From positions 31,435 through 95,434 of the forward strand of contig CAINDG010000031.1 in assembly GCA_903847315.1 (NCBI GenBank): a stretch of 64,000 nt of DNA, in the 5' to 3' direction. The position numbers and the translations under genes were made by a program. Below are positions 28,155-36,524 of the stretch, piece by piece (position 1 is the stretch's first letter; each line of letters starts with the position of its first letter). The notes below the pieces were generated by a model that was not told where the DNA came from, did not search any database, and saw only the letters and a program-made list of their open reading frames with translations. Origin of the DNA: an uncultured Planctomycetota bacterium. GTDB taxonomy: Bacteria; Planctomycetota; Phycisphaerae; Sedimentisphaerales; UBA12454.

Positions 28155-30692
28155 ATGGCTGAGAAAGAAGAACTTACGCCGAGTAAGCACAAAAAACAAA
28201 TAAAAGCCTATCGCAAGGTGTTCGACAGCTATAAAACCTACGCTGGGGTACTCAAACGAATTCTGGAAAACGCATGTAAAGTCTCCTTCCCGGATGCGTT
28301 TATACAATCTCGTCCCAAGAGTATTTCCAGCTTCGCCGAGAAAGCGGTGCGCAGATTCGACAAATACCCAGATGCTGTTAATCAGATGACGGATCTCTGT
28401 GGGGCTCGTGTGATAGTGCAGACCACCGAACAGGTCAAGGCCGTCCGCCAGTTCATTGAGGTAAACTTCCGCATCCACGAAAGCGATGAAAAGGGTATGT
28501 TGCTGGGTGAAAATAAGTTTGGTTATCGCGATATGCACTACATCGTCCAGTTACGTCCCGACCGCTGCAATGCTCTCGGGGTAAAGAAGAAAGAATGCAA
28601 ACAGATAGGCAACCGTAAAGCTGAGATACAGGTGCGGACATGGGTGCAACATGCCTGGGCTGATACGCTGCATGACCGCATATATAAGAACAATCTGAAA
28701 ATCCACCCTGATTTGGTGAGAACGGGTAACCTTCTGGCAGCGCTGATGGAAGAGGGAGATTGCACCTTTGACCGTCTCACCAATGAATTAGACGGCTTGA
28801 TTGCAAACTATACTGCATTCGCTACTAAAGAAGAAGTTAAGAAAAAGATAAAAATTCAGAAACTTATTCTTGATAATGAACCTGATAACGATAAGAAACC
28901 AGGATTATCGCTGAAACTTGCCCGTCTTTACGCGGCGTCTGGGAATCATTCTCGTGTAGTAAATCTGTTGGAACCGTACGCAGGTATTCGTGACGCCAAT
29001 CGCTGTGAGCTGCTTTTGATCCTCGGGAATAGTTTCTGCAGACTACATGGCACCTCACCATCATCAATTGAATACAAGCGGGGACTGCGATTTCTTGAAG
29101 AGTCACTGGACATTTGTGGATGCGAGGATGTTCCATTTGTTCCTCATGTTCGCAAACGTGAAAGCCTGTATGCTCGAGCACTGATGCGACTTGGCTGGGC
29201 TTTAGGGCGGATATCGGGTCAGGAACATAAAGCTCGCGAATATTACCATCAGGCGCATGAACACGAGCCTTCAAATCCTTACTATCTCGCAGAAATGCTG
29301 GGTTTTGAGATGCACTGTTTGCCTGCGGTTGATTTGCCGGCGAGCATGCGAACGATGATACGTGAGGCCATCAAGACTTGCAAACAACATGCCCTTGCCG
29401 GCATAGAATTGCCCTATGCATACTTTACGGCAGGGCGTTTGAGTTTATTATTGAAAATGGCTGATGACGCATTGGGCTATTATGCCCGCGGCATCCAGCA
29501 TTGCTTGGTAGGGAAACATTGTGTTCCAGCAGATATTTTCGATATCGAGGTTCAATGGCTGGTGCGGATCCATTTCGGCGTAAAGCCCTCGATTGAGTGC
29601 CAGCGAGTTATCGACCTCTTAACCATTAGCCTGCATGTTATGGCAGGTTCTAAATACAAGGATGCTAAATCATTACTATCACCTCCTATACTTATCATCG
29701 CCGGCGGTGCAGCAAATATCAATGCGGCCGCTGTAAAAAAAGTCCGTCCTCTGATTCGTACGGCATTGACGGATTTCCAAGGCACGGTCATTGCCGGCGG
29801 TACTAATGTAGGTGTGCCGGGTTGTGTCGGGGACGTGGCTCATGAACTTGCCAGGGGAGACAAAAAGCAGTTCAAGCTCATCGGTTATCTGCCCAAAAGA
29901 ATATCGGAATGTAAATACTACGACGAGATTATAAGAGTCGGCGATGCATTCGAGGCCGATCTGATACTCCGTAATTGGTCGGATATTCTCTCAAAAGGTA
30001 TCAAACCTCAGAATGTCCTGCTATTAGGTTTTGGTGGTGGGGCACTCAGTGCAGTCGAATACCGTATCGCTCTGGGGTTAGGTGCATCGGTAGGAGTTGT
30101 CATAGGTACAGGGGGTGCTGTCAAGGAACTGCTGAACGACCCTATGTGGTCAATACTGCCGAACTTCTATCCGTTGCCTTTCGATGCTAAGACCATTCAG
30201 GCCTTTATTCTACCGAGTGAACGAAAGTTTAAAAATCCTAAGTTGGAAGGTATGGCCAAGGAATTTCACGCTCGTTATGTGGCCGACAACACAAAAGACC
30301 TTCCAAGTAATCTCAAGCCTTGGGGTAAACTCAATGATAGCTATAAGAAAGCCAATTTAGAACAAGCTGCTCATGCCATCCAAATTCTTGAAGCCGCAGG
30401 TTTTAATGTTCGCAAAGCAAAAAAGCCGGTTATTTTCGACTATAGGAGATTTACCAAAAAGGAACTTGAGTTAATGGCCGAGTTGGAGCACGGCCGATGG
30501 AATGTCGAACGTCTGCGCGATGGTTGGCGTTACGGAAAACCTCGTGATGATGCAAAGAAAATCCATGATTGTCTTATCCCCTGGAATGAATTGCCAGACG
30601 GCTCTGAGGGTGTTCGTAAATTTGACCGCGATGCTGTACGTGCCTTTCCCGAGATACTCGCCAATGCCGGGTTAGAGATTTATAAAATCTGA
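28155..30692 (+). CDS. RelA/SpoT-homologue synthetase-only domain - TPR-like helical region - SLOG/LSDAT-like domain - RyR-like domain fusion protein
   Basis: ATG 28155 has AGGAG (28141-28145) overlapping the NUDIX stop; the track ORF starts at 28113. Synthetase motifs: SRPKSISSFAEK, TDLCGARVIV, GYRDMHYIV, EIQVRTWVQHAWADTLHDRIYK. No HD hydrolase domain. Gly-rich loops ILIIAGGAAN / VIAGGTNVGVPG / LLGFGGGALS / VIGTGGAV. C-terminus ELEHGRWNVERLRDGWRYG...IHDCLIPWNELP. Confidence 0.8.
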   Translation: MAEKEELTPSKHKKQIKAYRKVFDSYKTYAGVLKRILENACKVSFPDAFIQSRPKSISSFAEKAVRRFDKYPDAVNQMTDLCGARVIVQTTEQVKAVRQFIEVNFRIHESDEKGMLLGENKFGYRDMHYIVQLRPDRCNALGVKKKECKQIGNRKAEIQVRTWVQHAWADTLHDRIYKNNLKIHPDLVRTGNLLAALMEEGDCTFDRLTNELDGLIANYTAFATKEEVKKKIKIQKLILDNEPDNDKKPGLSLKLARLYAASGNHSRVVNLLEPYAGIRDANRCELLLILGNSFCRLHGTSPSSIEYKRGLRFLEESLDICGCEDVPFVPHVRKRESLYARALMRLGWALGRISGQEHKAREYYHQAHEHEPSNPYYLAEMLGFEMHCLPAVDLPASMRTMIREAIKTCKQHALAGIELPYAYFTAGRLSLLLKMADDALGYYARGIQHCLVGKHCVPADIFDIEVQWLVRIHFGVKPSIECQRVIDLLTISLHVMAGSKYKDAKSLLSPPILIIAGGAANINAAAVKKVRPLIRTALTDFQGTVIAGGTNVGVPGCVGDVAHELARGDKKQFKLIGYLPKRISECKYYDEIIRVGDAFEADLILRNWSDILSKGIKPQNVLLLGFGGGALSAVEYRIALGLGASVGVVIGTGGAVKELLNDPMWSILPNFYPLPFDAKTIQAFILPSERKFKNPKLEGMAKEFHARYVADNTKDLPSNLKPWGKLNDSYKKANLEQAAHAIQILEAAGFNVRKAKKPVIFDYRRFTKKELELMAELEHGRWNVERLRDGWRYGKPRDDAKKIHDCLIPWNELPDGSEGVRKFDRDAVRAFPEILANAGLEIYKI

Positions 30693-30871
30693 AATATTGA
30701 GTTATAATAACGCGCCAAATACGCGTCTTTATATCCTCTACTTTTTGCGACATGCAGGCGGAGCAAAAAGACTGAAAGGCGGTTTTTCCTGCATTGGGGA
30801 AATGCTGTTCGCAGGGCATATTCATAGGGTTATTGCCACTGAAATAGCGAAAAGATTTCAGATAATATGTA

Positions 30872-30900
30872 TTTCCTTAAGCGGGATATTCGTGTATAAT
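30872..30900 (+). promoter_or_regulatory. Candidate promoter for the TIR gene (TTTCCT - 17 nt - TATAAT)
   Basis: Perfect TATAAT at 30895-30900 but a weak -35. Lies in the 296-bp gap between the RSH and TIR genes. Confidence 0.3.
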
Positions 30901-30988
30901 ATATAGAGTAAGGTGAGAACTTAAACGGTGACTTTACTTGAGGTGATAGGAAATTGAAGATACCTGTGTGCGTACAAGGATATCATTA

Positions 30989-33361
30989 ATGGCTCATGAT
31001 GTATTCATCAGCTATTGCGAAGCAGATAAATCGACTGCAGAAGCAATTTGTTCTACCTTAGAGGCAAGAAATATACGTTGCTGGATTGCGCCAAGGGATG
31101 TTCCGCCCGGTAAGTGGGGACGGGCGGTTAACGATGCTGTTAGAAGCAGCAAGATTATGGTTCTTGTTTTTTCGTCTCACGCCAATAAATCCACCTATAC
31201 AGAAAAAGAAGTGGCGATAGCGGTCGAAAGCGGCGTGATGATAATTCCATTACGGATAGAAAATGTGCCCCCTCAAGGCGCTCTTGATTATTATTTAGCG
31301 GGCATACACTGGTTGGATGCCTTAACCCCGTCACTGGAAACTCATTTACGAAAGCTGGCGCGCGAAGTTGAGATTTACTTAAAACCGGATGTCGAACCCC
31401 AGCCGGAGAAAACCGGCTCTCCGTCCCCGCCACGAAAACCAAGGACCCGATGGGTTTTTGTGGCACGTCTTCTTGCCGGTTTGATTGTAGCCCTGTGTTT
31501 TTGCATTATTATTGTTGCCGCTTATTTTGGTATTCAGGCGATCATAATCAAGACCCCATTCGGGCATCCAATATTTCCCCCGCCTCCACCACCTGCGGTA
31601 GCTATAGAAAGTAATGTGCTGCCGGTGCAGGTAAATGAAAATCTTGCAAAAGACTGCCTTGAAACGGCAAAAGAATTAGCCAATAACGGTGATTTTTCCG
31701 GGGCGATAAAGGTTGTCGATGATTTTAAGACAAATCATCCTGATATTGTAAAAAATAATGATAGCAATACCCAAAATTTACTTGCCAAAAAGACCGAATG
31801 GGAAAAAGCGGAAGTTCAACAGCAACAGCAACAACAAAAGGAAAAGCTGATAGTAATGTTATTATCGCAGGCCAAAACATTTATGGAGCAAGACCTGCCG
31901 GATAAGGCTCTTGAGTCTGTAGCGGAGGCCTTAAAAATCGACTCTGAAAATGCACAAGCAAAACAGATGCACGATAGGTTGATTGCATTGAACGATAATA
32001 ATAAAGCCAAAGCAGAAACAGAGCAGCGTTTCAAGGCCTGTTCGGAAGCCGGCTTTGATTATGAGGCTCAGCGGAGTTGGCCGAAAGCTATAGAATCCTA
32101 CACCGGAGCACTTGTGATAAAGCCGGATGATAAAGTGATAAAAGATAGACTTGCGACCTGTCAGCACAATCTTTATTTCGCAAAGGCAGAAATCGCAGAG
32201 ACAGGGGGCAGGCTGAATGAGGCAATTGATAATTATGCCACGGCATTATCTTTCAAACAGGTCGCCTCAACGCAGACAAAGCTCGATGCCGCTAAAAAAG
32301 CCCGGCAGATAAAAATTGATGCTGAAAATAGAAAACATGAATATGATAAATGGTTTGCTAAAGCGCAGACTGCAGAAAAAGAAAAGGATTTATCAGCGGC
32401 AGTAACGTTTTATAAAAGGGCTCAGGAATATACTGAGGAATCACTTAAGGAAAAAATAGATTCATTAAACGACCAAATTGCCGACAAGGAAAATCAGGCT
32501 AAAATTGCTAAATTATTAGCTTATGCCAAGGCAAGAGACAATAAAGCGCAGGGCAAGGAAGCGTTAAAAACGCTGAATGAGATTCTTTCTTTGGATTCTG
32601 ATAATTCAGAAGCTATCGCGTTGAAGGATAAGATAAAAGGCTATTACGACATAAATGGCGGCGATGTTATAACTAACTCTATCGGAATGGGGTTTGCTTA
32701 TATCCCGGCCGGTAAATTTACAATGGGCAGCCCACTTAGTGAGGAGCGAAACTCTGATGAAGGTCTTCAGCGTGAAGTTAAAGTTGATAAAGGTTTTTAT
32801 ATGGGAGTATATGAAGTAACGCAGGGACAGTACAAAGCCGTTATGGGTGAAAATCCAAGCTATTTCAAAGGTGATAATTTTCCAGTGGAACAAGTAAGCT
32901 GGAACGATGCGAATGAATTTTGCAGGAAGTTAAGTCAAAAGGAAGGCAAAATTTACAGATTACCGACAGAAAAAGAATGGGAATACGCCTGCAGGGCCAA
33001 AACAGAAACTGCATTTAATAATGGTCAGAACGAATTAACAACAGTGCGGCAGATTTGCTGGTGCAGTTACGACGGGAAGTTGGGCAGTGCCAGACAGACG
33101 AAACCTGTCGGCAGTTGCGACAAAAATGCCTGGGGATTATACGATATGCATGGCAATGTCTGGGAGTGGTGCGGCGATTTATATACTATGTATCCCAATG
33201 GCACAGTAACAGATTTGCAAGGGACCGACAGCGGGCAGTGCCGTGTCATTCGCGGCGGCTCATGGTACGATATACCGAAAGACTGCAGGTCCGCAACTCG
33301 CAGCAAGATGAAACCTGATGGCAACAGTAATAAAATAGGATTTAGGGTTGTTTGTTTTTGA
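30989..33361 (+). CDS. TIR domain - single TM - coiled-coil/TPR-like region - FGE-sulfatase (SUMF1-like) domain protein
   Basis: ATG 30989 (MAHDVFISYCEADK...); the track ORF starts at GTG 30968. TIR about 30989-31330. TM WVFVARLLAGLIVALCFCIIIVAAYF (31451-31549), preceded by PRKPRTR. C-terminus (about 32665-33358) IPAGKFTMGSP...YEVTQGQY...VSWNDANEFC...LPTEKEWEYACRA...HGNVWEWC...RGGSW...GFRVV. Confidence 0.85.
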   Translation: MAHDVFISYCEADKSTAEAICSTLEARNIRCWIAPRDVPPGKWGRAVNDAVRSSKIMVLVFSSHANKSTYTEKEVAIAVESGVMIIPLRIENVPPQGALDYYLAGIHWLDALTPSLETHLRKLAREVEIYLKPDVEPQPEKTGSPSPPRKPRTRWVFVARLLAGLIVALCFCIIIVAAYFGIQAIIIKTPFGHPIFPPPPPPAVAIESNVLPVQVNENLAKDCLETAKELANNGDFSGAIKVVDDFKTNHPDIVKNNDSNTQNLLAKKTEWEKAEVQQQQQQQKEKLIVMLLSQAKTFMEQDLPDKALESVAEALKIDSENAQAKQMHDRLIALNDNNKAKAETEQRFKACSEAGFDYEAQRSWPKAIESYTGALVIKPDDKVIKDRLATCQHNLYFAKAEIAETGGRLNEAIDNYATALSFKQVASTQTKLDAAKKARQIKIDAENRKHEYDKWFAKAQTAEKEKDLSAAVTFYKRAQEYTEESLKEKIDSLNDQIADKENQAKIAKLLAYAKARDNKAQGKEALKTLNEILSLDSDNSEAIALKDKIKGYYDINGGDVITNSIGMGFAYIPAGKFTMGSPLSEERNSDEGLQREVKVDKGFYMGVYEVTQGQYKAVMGENPSYFKGDNFPVEQVSWNDANEFCRKLSQKEGKIYRLPTEKEWEYACRAKTETAFNNGQNELTTVRQICWCSYDGKLGSARQTKPVGSCDKNAWGLYDMHGNVWEWCGDLYTMYPNGTVTDLQGTDSGQCRVIRGGSWYDIPKDCRSATRSKMKPDGNSNKIGFRVVCF

Positions 33362-33427
33362 GACGGATTAAACCAAGACCGACAATAATGAACAGGAATA
33401 TTCGTTAATTTTTTAAGGGAATATTTT

Positions 33428-35254
33428 ATGAAGAGGATTTTTTTACTGACTATATGTTTTTTTATTGGTCTATCCCTTTTCGGCTGCGAGGCGCCGCAAA
33501 TGTGTCCACAGGCCGATGTATTCAAAAAACAGGGGAAATTAGAACAGGCAATTGGCGAATGTGAACAATGTCTAAAGGCGTCAACATCGAAAAGTAAGCA
33601 GCAGCAGATACAAAAGGATATTGACTCGCTGAAAGCCGAGATCGTTTCAAAAAGTCTTGAAGAAGCGGCATCGGTATTTAAGGGTGAGCAAACAATAGCT
33701 AACTATGAAAAAGCGATTCGTATTCTCAATGCCCAAAAGCAATATGACCAGGGGAGTGGCATTTCAGCACGTCTTGCCGACTATCGCAGGCAGATAGAAA
33801 ATCTGCGGGAACAAATAAACAAATTTCTGGAAACAGCCAAATTGGAGACGGCAAAAGCACAGTGGAGGGATGCTGTTCAGTCTGTCGGTCAGGCCCTGAA
33901 GTTAGATCCGGATGACAGTAGTATTGCATCACGGTTCGCAGGACTTATTGAAGAGCGTAACGAGTACTATAAACTGCGGATTAAAAGTGAATGTGATAAA
34001 AGAGACTATGTGGAGGCGTCTAAAGTATTAAAAAGCTTCGGCCAGGAGCAGCCGGCTCCTTCCGACCTGGTTTTGAAATCAATAGAGTCTCTGGTAAATG
34101 AAACTAAGGGACAAGCAGTACGAAGCGAGGTTGAGAAATTAATAGCAGATAAGAAATACTTTACCGCTTACAGCCGGATTCAAGAAACAGAAGTAAAAAA
34201 CTGTAAAGACTTACTTGAAGATGTCCGGCTTAAAGGAAGCGAATTTTATAAGAATTTGGCCTACAAGGAGAAAACCAATGTTAATAATTTTCACGCGTAT
34301 ATAGCGGCAGTCAAGGCTAAAATACTTAGTCCCGATAATAATGAAATTTTCATCCTGCATCGAGATATGACGGATATAGTCGATGATTCCATCTGGGTTA
34401 AAATTGGTATCGCTGAATTTAAAGCACCGACAGCAGAACTGGGAGCCGGAAGGGAATTTACCGGAATGCTCGTCAGTCATTTGGGGAAATTATTGCCGTA
34501 TGGAGTAAGAATCGACGAGCCGGAAAAAATAAAGTTTTCAGAAAATCGCGGAGCCCAGGAAGGCGAAGTCATTGTGCAGCTGGGTCAAAAACTTGGTATA
34601 TTCGGCGATGTTTCTACTTTAGAGGTCAACACACGCCGGGAGGAGTCGGAAAATACTATTATTGTTCCGTTAGGAGAAGAAGAATCGCCCAATCCGCAAT
34701 ATCAGCAGATGATGATGCTCTACGGTCGTGATACCAGCAAATGGCCATCGATACCGCCTGCGACCCTCAAGAAATCTACCACTACACTTGCAAAATACAA
34801 ACGCGGGAAACAGTTGATGGAAGGAAGAATGGTTGTTTCAGTTAGGCTTTATTCTGCTGCGTCAAATGCCTCTATTGGAAACGAAACCCTGTCGGCTCAG
34901 CTTGACTGTTCCGATACTTTCCAGGAAGGCGTCCAGGGCACCGATATTAAGGAAGATCCCCTTGAGATGCCCAAGACCGAGCTTCAGATGAAACAGGAAT
35001 TGAAGCAGAACATGGTCGAAAAAACATCAAAATGGATACTTGAACGCGACCTTGCCCTTAACCTTGGTTTTTTCCAATTGCGTCAGAAACATTATTATAA
35101 ACAGGCAGAAGACATAATAGGACGTCGAGAATATAACGAGGCAGTTAAGGTATTAGCACAGGGCTATCTGTATTGTCTTCGGGATAACATTCCTGAAAAT
35201 GATGAGTGGTTTCAGAAAATTCGCCAAAAGGTACTATATGAATTAACAGAATAG
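33428..35254 (+). CDS. Lipoprotein with N-terminal TPR-like helices and a C-terminal CsgG/LpoB-like beta region (function unknown)
   Basis: Signal peptide plus lipobox LSLFG-C (Cys codon 33485-33487). 66-nt gap after the TIR gene. The segment KIGIAEFKAPTAELGAGREFTGMLVSHL resembles periplasmic lipoprotein scaffold domains. Confidence 0.55.
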   Translation: MKRIFLLTICFFIGLSLFGCEAPQMCPQADVFKKQGKLEQAIGECEQCLKASTSKSKQQQIQKDIDSLKAEIVSKSLEEAASVFKGEQTIANYEKAIRILNAQKQYDQGSGISARLADYRRQIENLREQINKFLETAKLETAKAQWRDAVQSVGQALKLDPDDSSIASRFAGLIEERNEYYKLRIKSECDKRDYVEASKVLKSFGQEQPAPSDLVLKSIESLVNETKGQAVRSEVEKLIADKKYFTAYSRIQETEVKNCKDLLEDVRLKGSEFYKNLAYKEKTNVNNFHAYIAAVKAKILSPDNNEIFILHRDMTDIVDDSIWVKIGIAEFKAPTAELGAGREFTGMLVSHLGKLLPYGVRIDEPEKIKFSENRGAQEGEVIVQLGQKLGIFGDVSTLEVNTRREESENTIIVPLGEEESPNPQYQQMMMLYGRDTSKWPSIPPATLKKSTTTLAKYKRGKQLMEGRMVVSVRLYSAASNASIGNETLSAQLDCSDTFQEGVQGTDIKEDPLEMPKTELQMKQELKQNMVEKTSKWILERDLALNLGFFQLRQKHYYKQAEDIIGRREYNEAVKVLAQGYLYCLRDNIPENDEWFQKIRQKVLYELTE

Positions 35255-35360
35255 TGTAAGTAATACTTGCGCCATAGCCGGCTGAGCTAACAGCTTGAAA
35301 AAATTAAGATTGTGTTTTTAAACGGTGATTGTCAAGCACAAAGGGAGCTCTCGGTGATAC

Positions 35361-35389
35361 TTGCTTCCTGGTGCTGATATTGATATAAT
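35361..35389 (+). promoter_or_regulatory. Extended -10 promoter: TTGCTT - 17 nt (ending TGa) - TATAAT
   Basis: TTGCTT at 35361-35366. TGATATAAT at 35381-35389 matches TGnTATAAT. The track ORF TTG start coincides with the -35, which argues for the downstream ATG. Confidence 0.55.
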
Positions 35390-35477
35390 ACGAGCAACTG
35401 GAGAAAACAGTGTTGATGGAACGAGGCAATGGCTGGGCAAAGAGTTGGTAATCAAAGATGTAGGAGAGAAACCTTTT

Positions 35478-36524
35478 ATGAGTAATGAAGGCAATATTAA
35501 ATTACCATACGATTACGATATGCATGACAATGATGCGGAGATTCCATCGGCTGAGCCGCTTAAAGAAGCTCTTGTGTACTGCAAAGATAATATCTTGGAA
35601 GCCTATCGCAAATATGACAGTTCGGCTCTACTTAATCAGAAATACCATCGGTTACTTGCCGTTATCGCATCTGTGTGTGGTACAATTGCAGTATTGTTTG
35701 CAATAATGCAACTCTCAGGTTTTTTCCTGACTTCATGGCCGATGTGGGTCGAGATAGGAGCTGCCACAATAGCTTTTTTAGCTGTGATGGCAGGATTAAT
35801 TTGGTCTCAACAAGCTAAATGGCTTTTGAATCGTCACAAAGCTGAGCGATATAGAATGCTCAAGTTTCTTTCGATTATTCATCCTGATTTGTGGATGAAT
35901 AATATAGGCCGATGGAAAGATAAATTTACACACAAAATAAAAGAAATCGAACAAATGACACCACGATTGCTTCGCGACTGGGCCGAAGGGGATCGATTGT
36001 CCGAAATGCCACTATTGGAAAAATGTGTATTCGATGAAACTACAATTCGTGCCTTGGTTGATTATTACTTGGATAAACGTCTCGAAATTCAGAAAACTTA
36101 TTTTAAAAGCCGAGAAATGCGGAACGAAAAACTGGATCATTACACGCGAAATCTGCCATATTTACTTTATTTTTTAAGCGTAATGGCTGTTTTTTGGCAT
36201 TTTATAGTGGATATTTTTTCCAGCCACAGTCATGGGATGCATTCTGCCAGTGTGATGCTTATCATTCTTGCAGCTTCGTTTCCTGTATTGGCAGCGGGGA
36301 TTCGTACTCTCCGATCTACCTATGAGTTTGCTCGCAGTGCCGCTCTTTTTCAGGCAAAATATGCGGCACTAGACCGTATGTTTGTAACGATTACAGATGA
36401 AATTAAACAGTTGCCAATCAACAAAGAGACAATACTAACTAACTTGTGGCAATGTGAGCAATTTCTCAAGGCGGAGCATCGAGAGTGGTTGCGTTTGATG
36501 ATGGAAGCAGATTGGTTTATTTAA
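35478..36524 (+). CDS. Tandem 2TM membrane protein, SLATT/DUF4231-like (candidate pore-forming effector)
   Basis: ATG 35478, with AGGAG at 35462-35466. Two modules, each an amphipathic helix plus two TM helices plus a basic helix. Module 1: YHRLLAVIASVCGTIAVLFAIM / VEIGAATIAFLAVMAGLIW / QQAKWLLNRHKAERYRMLKF. Module 2: LPYLLYFLSVMAVFWHFIV / ASVMLIILAASFPVLAAGI / RTLRSTYEFARSAALFQAKY. Confidence 0.5.
   Translation: MSNEGNIKLPYDYDMHDNDAEIPSAEPLKEALVYCKDNILEAYRKYDSSALLNQKYHRLLAVIASVCGTIAVLFAIMQLSGFFLTSWPMWVEIGAATIAFLAVMAGLIWSQQAKWLLNRHKAERYRMLKFLSIIHPDLWMNNIGRWKDKFTHKIKEIEQMTPRLLRDWAEGDRLSEMPLLEKCVFDETTIRALVDYYLDKRLEIQKTYFKSREMRNEKLDHYTRNLPYLLYFLSVMAVFWHFIVDIFSSHSHGMHSASVMLIILAASFPVLAAGIRTLRSTYEFARSAALFQAKYAALDRMFVTITDEIKQLPINKETILTNLWQCEQFLKAEHREWLRLMMEADWFI

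Noticed and set aside
28104-28538. 144-aa - strand ORF overlapping the RSH gene 5' region
   Set aside because: The + strand frame carries canonical RelA/SpoT motifs. The - strand product has no features.
30574-30906. Two small ORFs (83 aa on - and 69 aa on +) in the RSH-TIR gap
   Set aside because: The - ORF overlaps the RSH 3' end by 119 nt. Neither has an SD sequence or protein-like composition. The region is treated as regulatory/untranslated, though a small RNA cannot be excluded.
31814-31840. CAA/CAG run (poly-Gln QQQQQQQ) in the TIR protein linker
   Set aside because: A short, simple coding repeat within a coiled-coil region. No sign of variability can be assessed from this window.
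33067-33525. 152-aa - strand ORF across the TIR/lipoprotein junction
   Set aside because: Antisense to the FGE-sulfatase domain and to the lipoprotein signal peptide, both of which are well supported.
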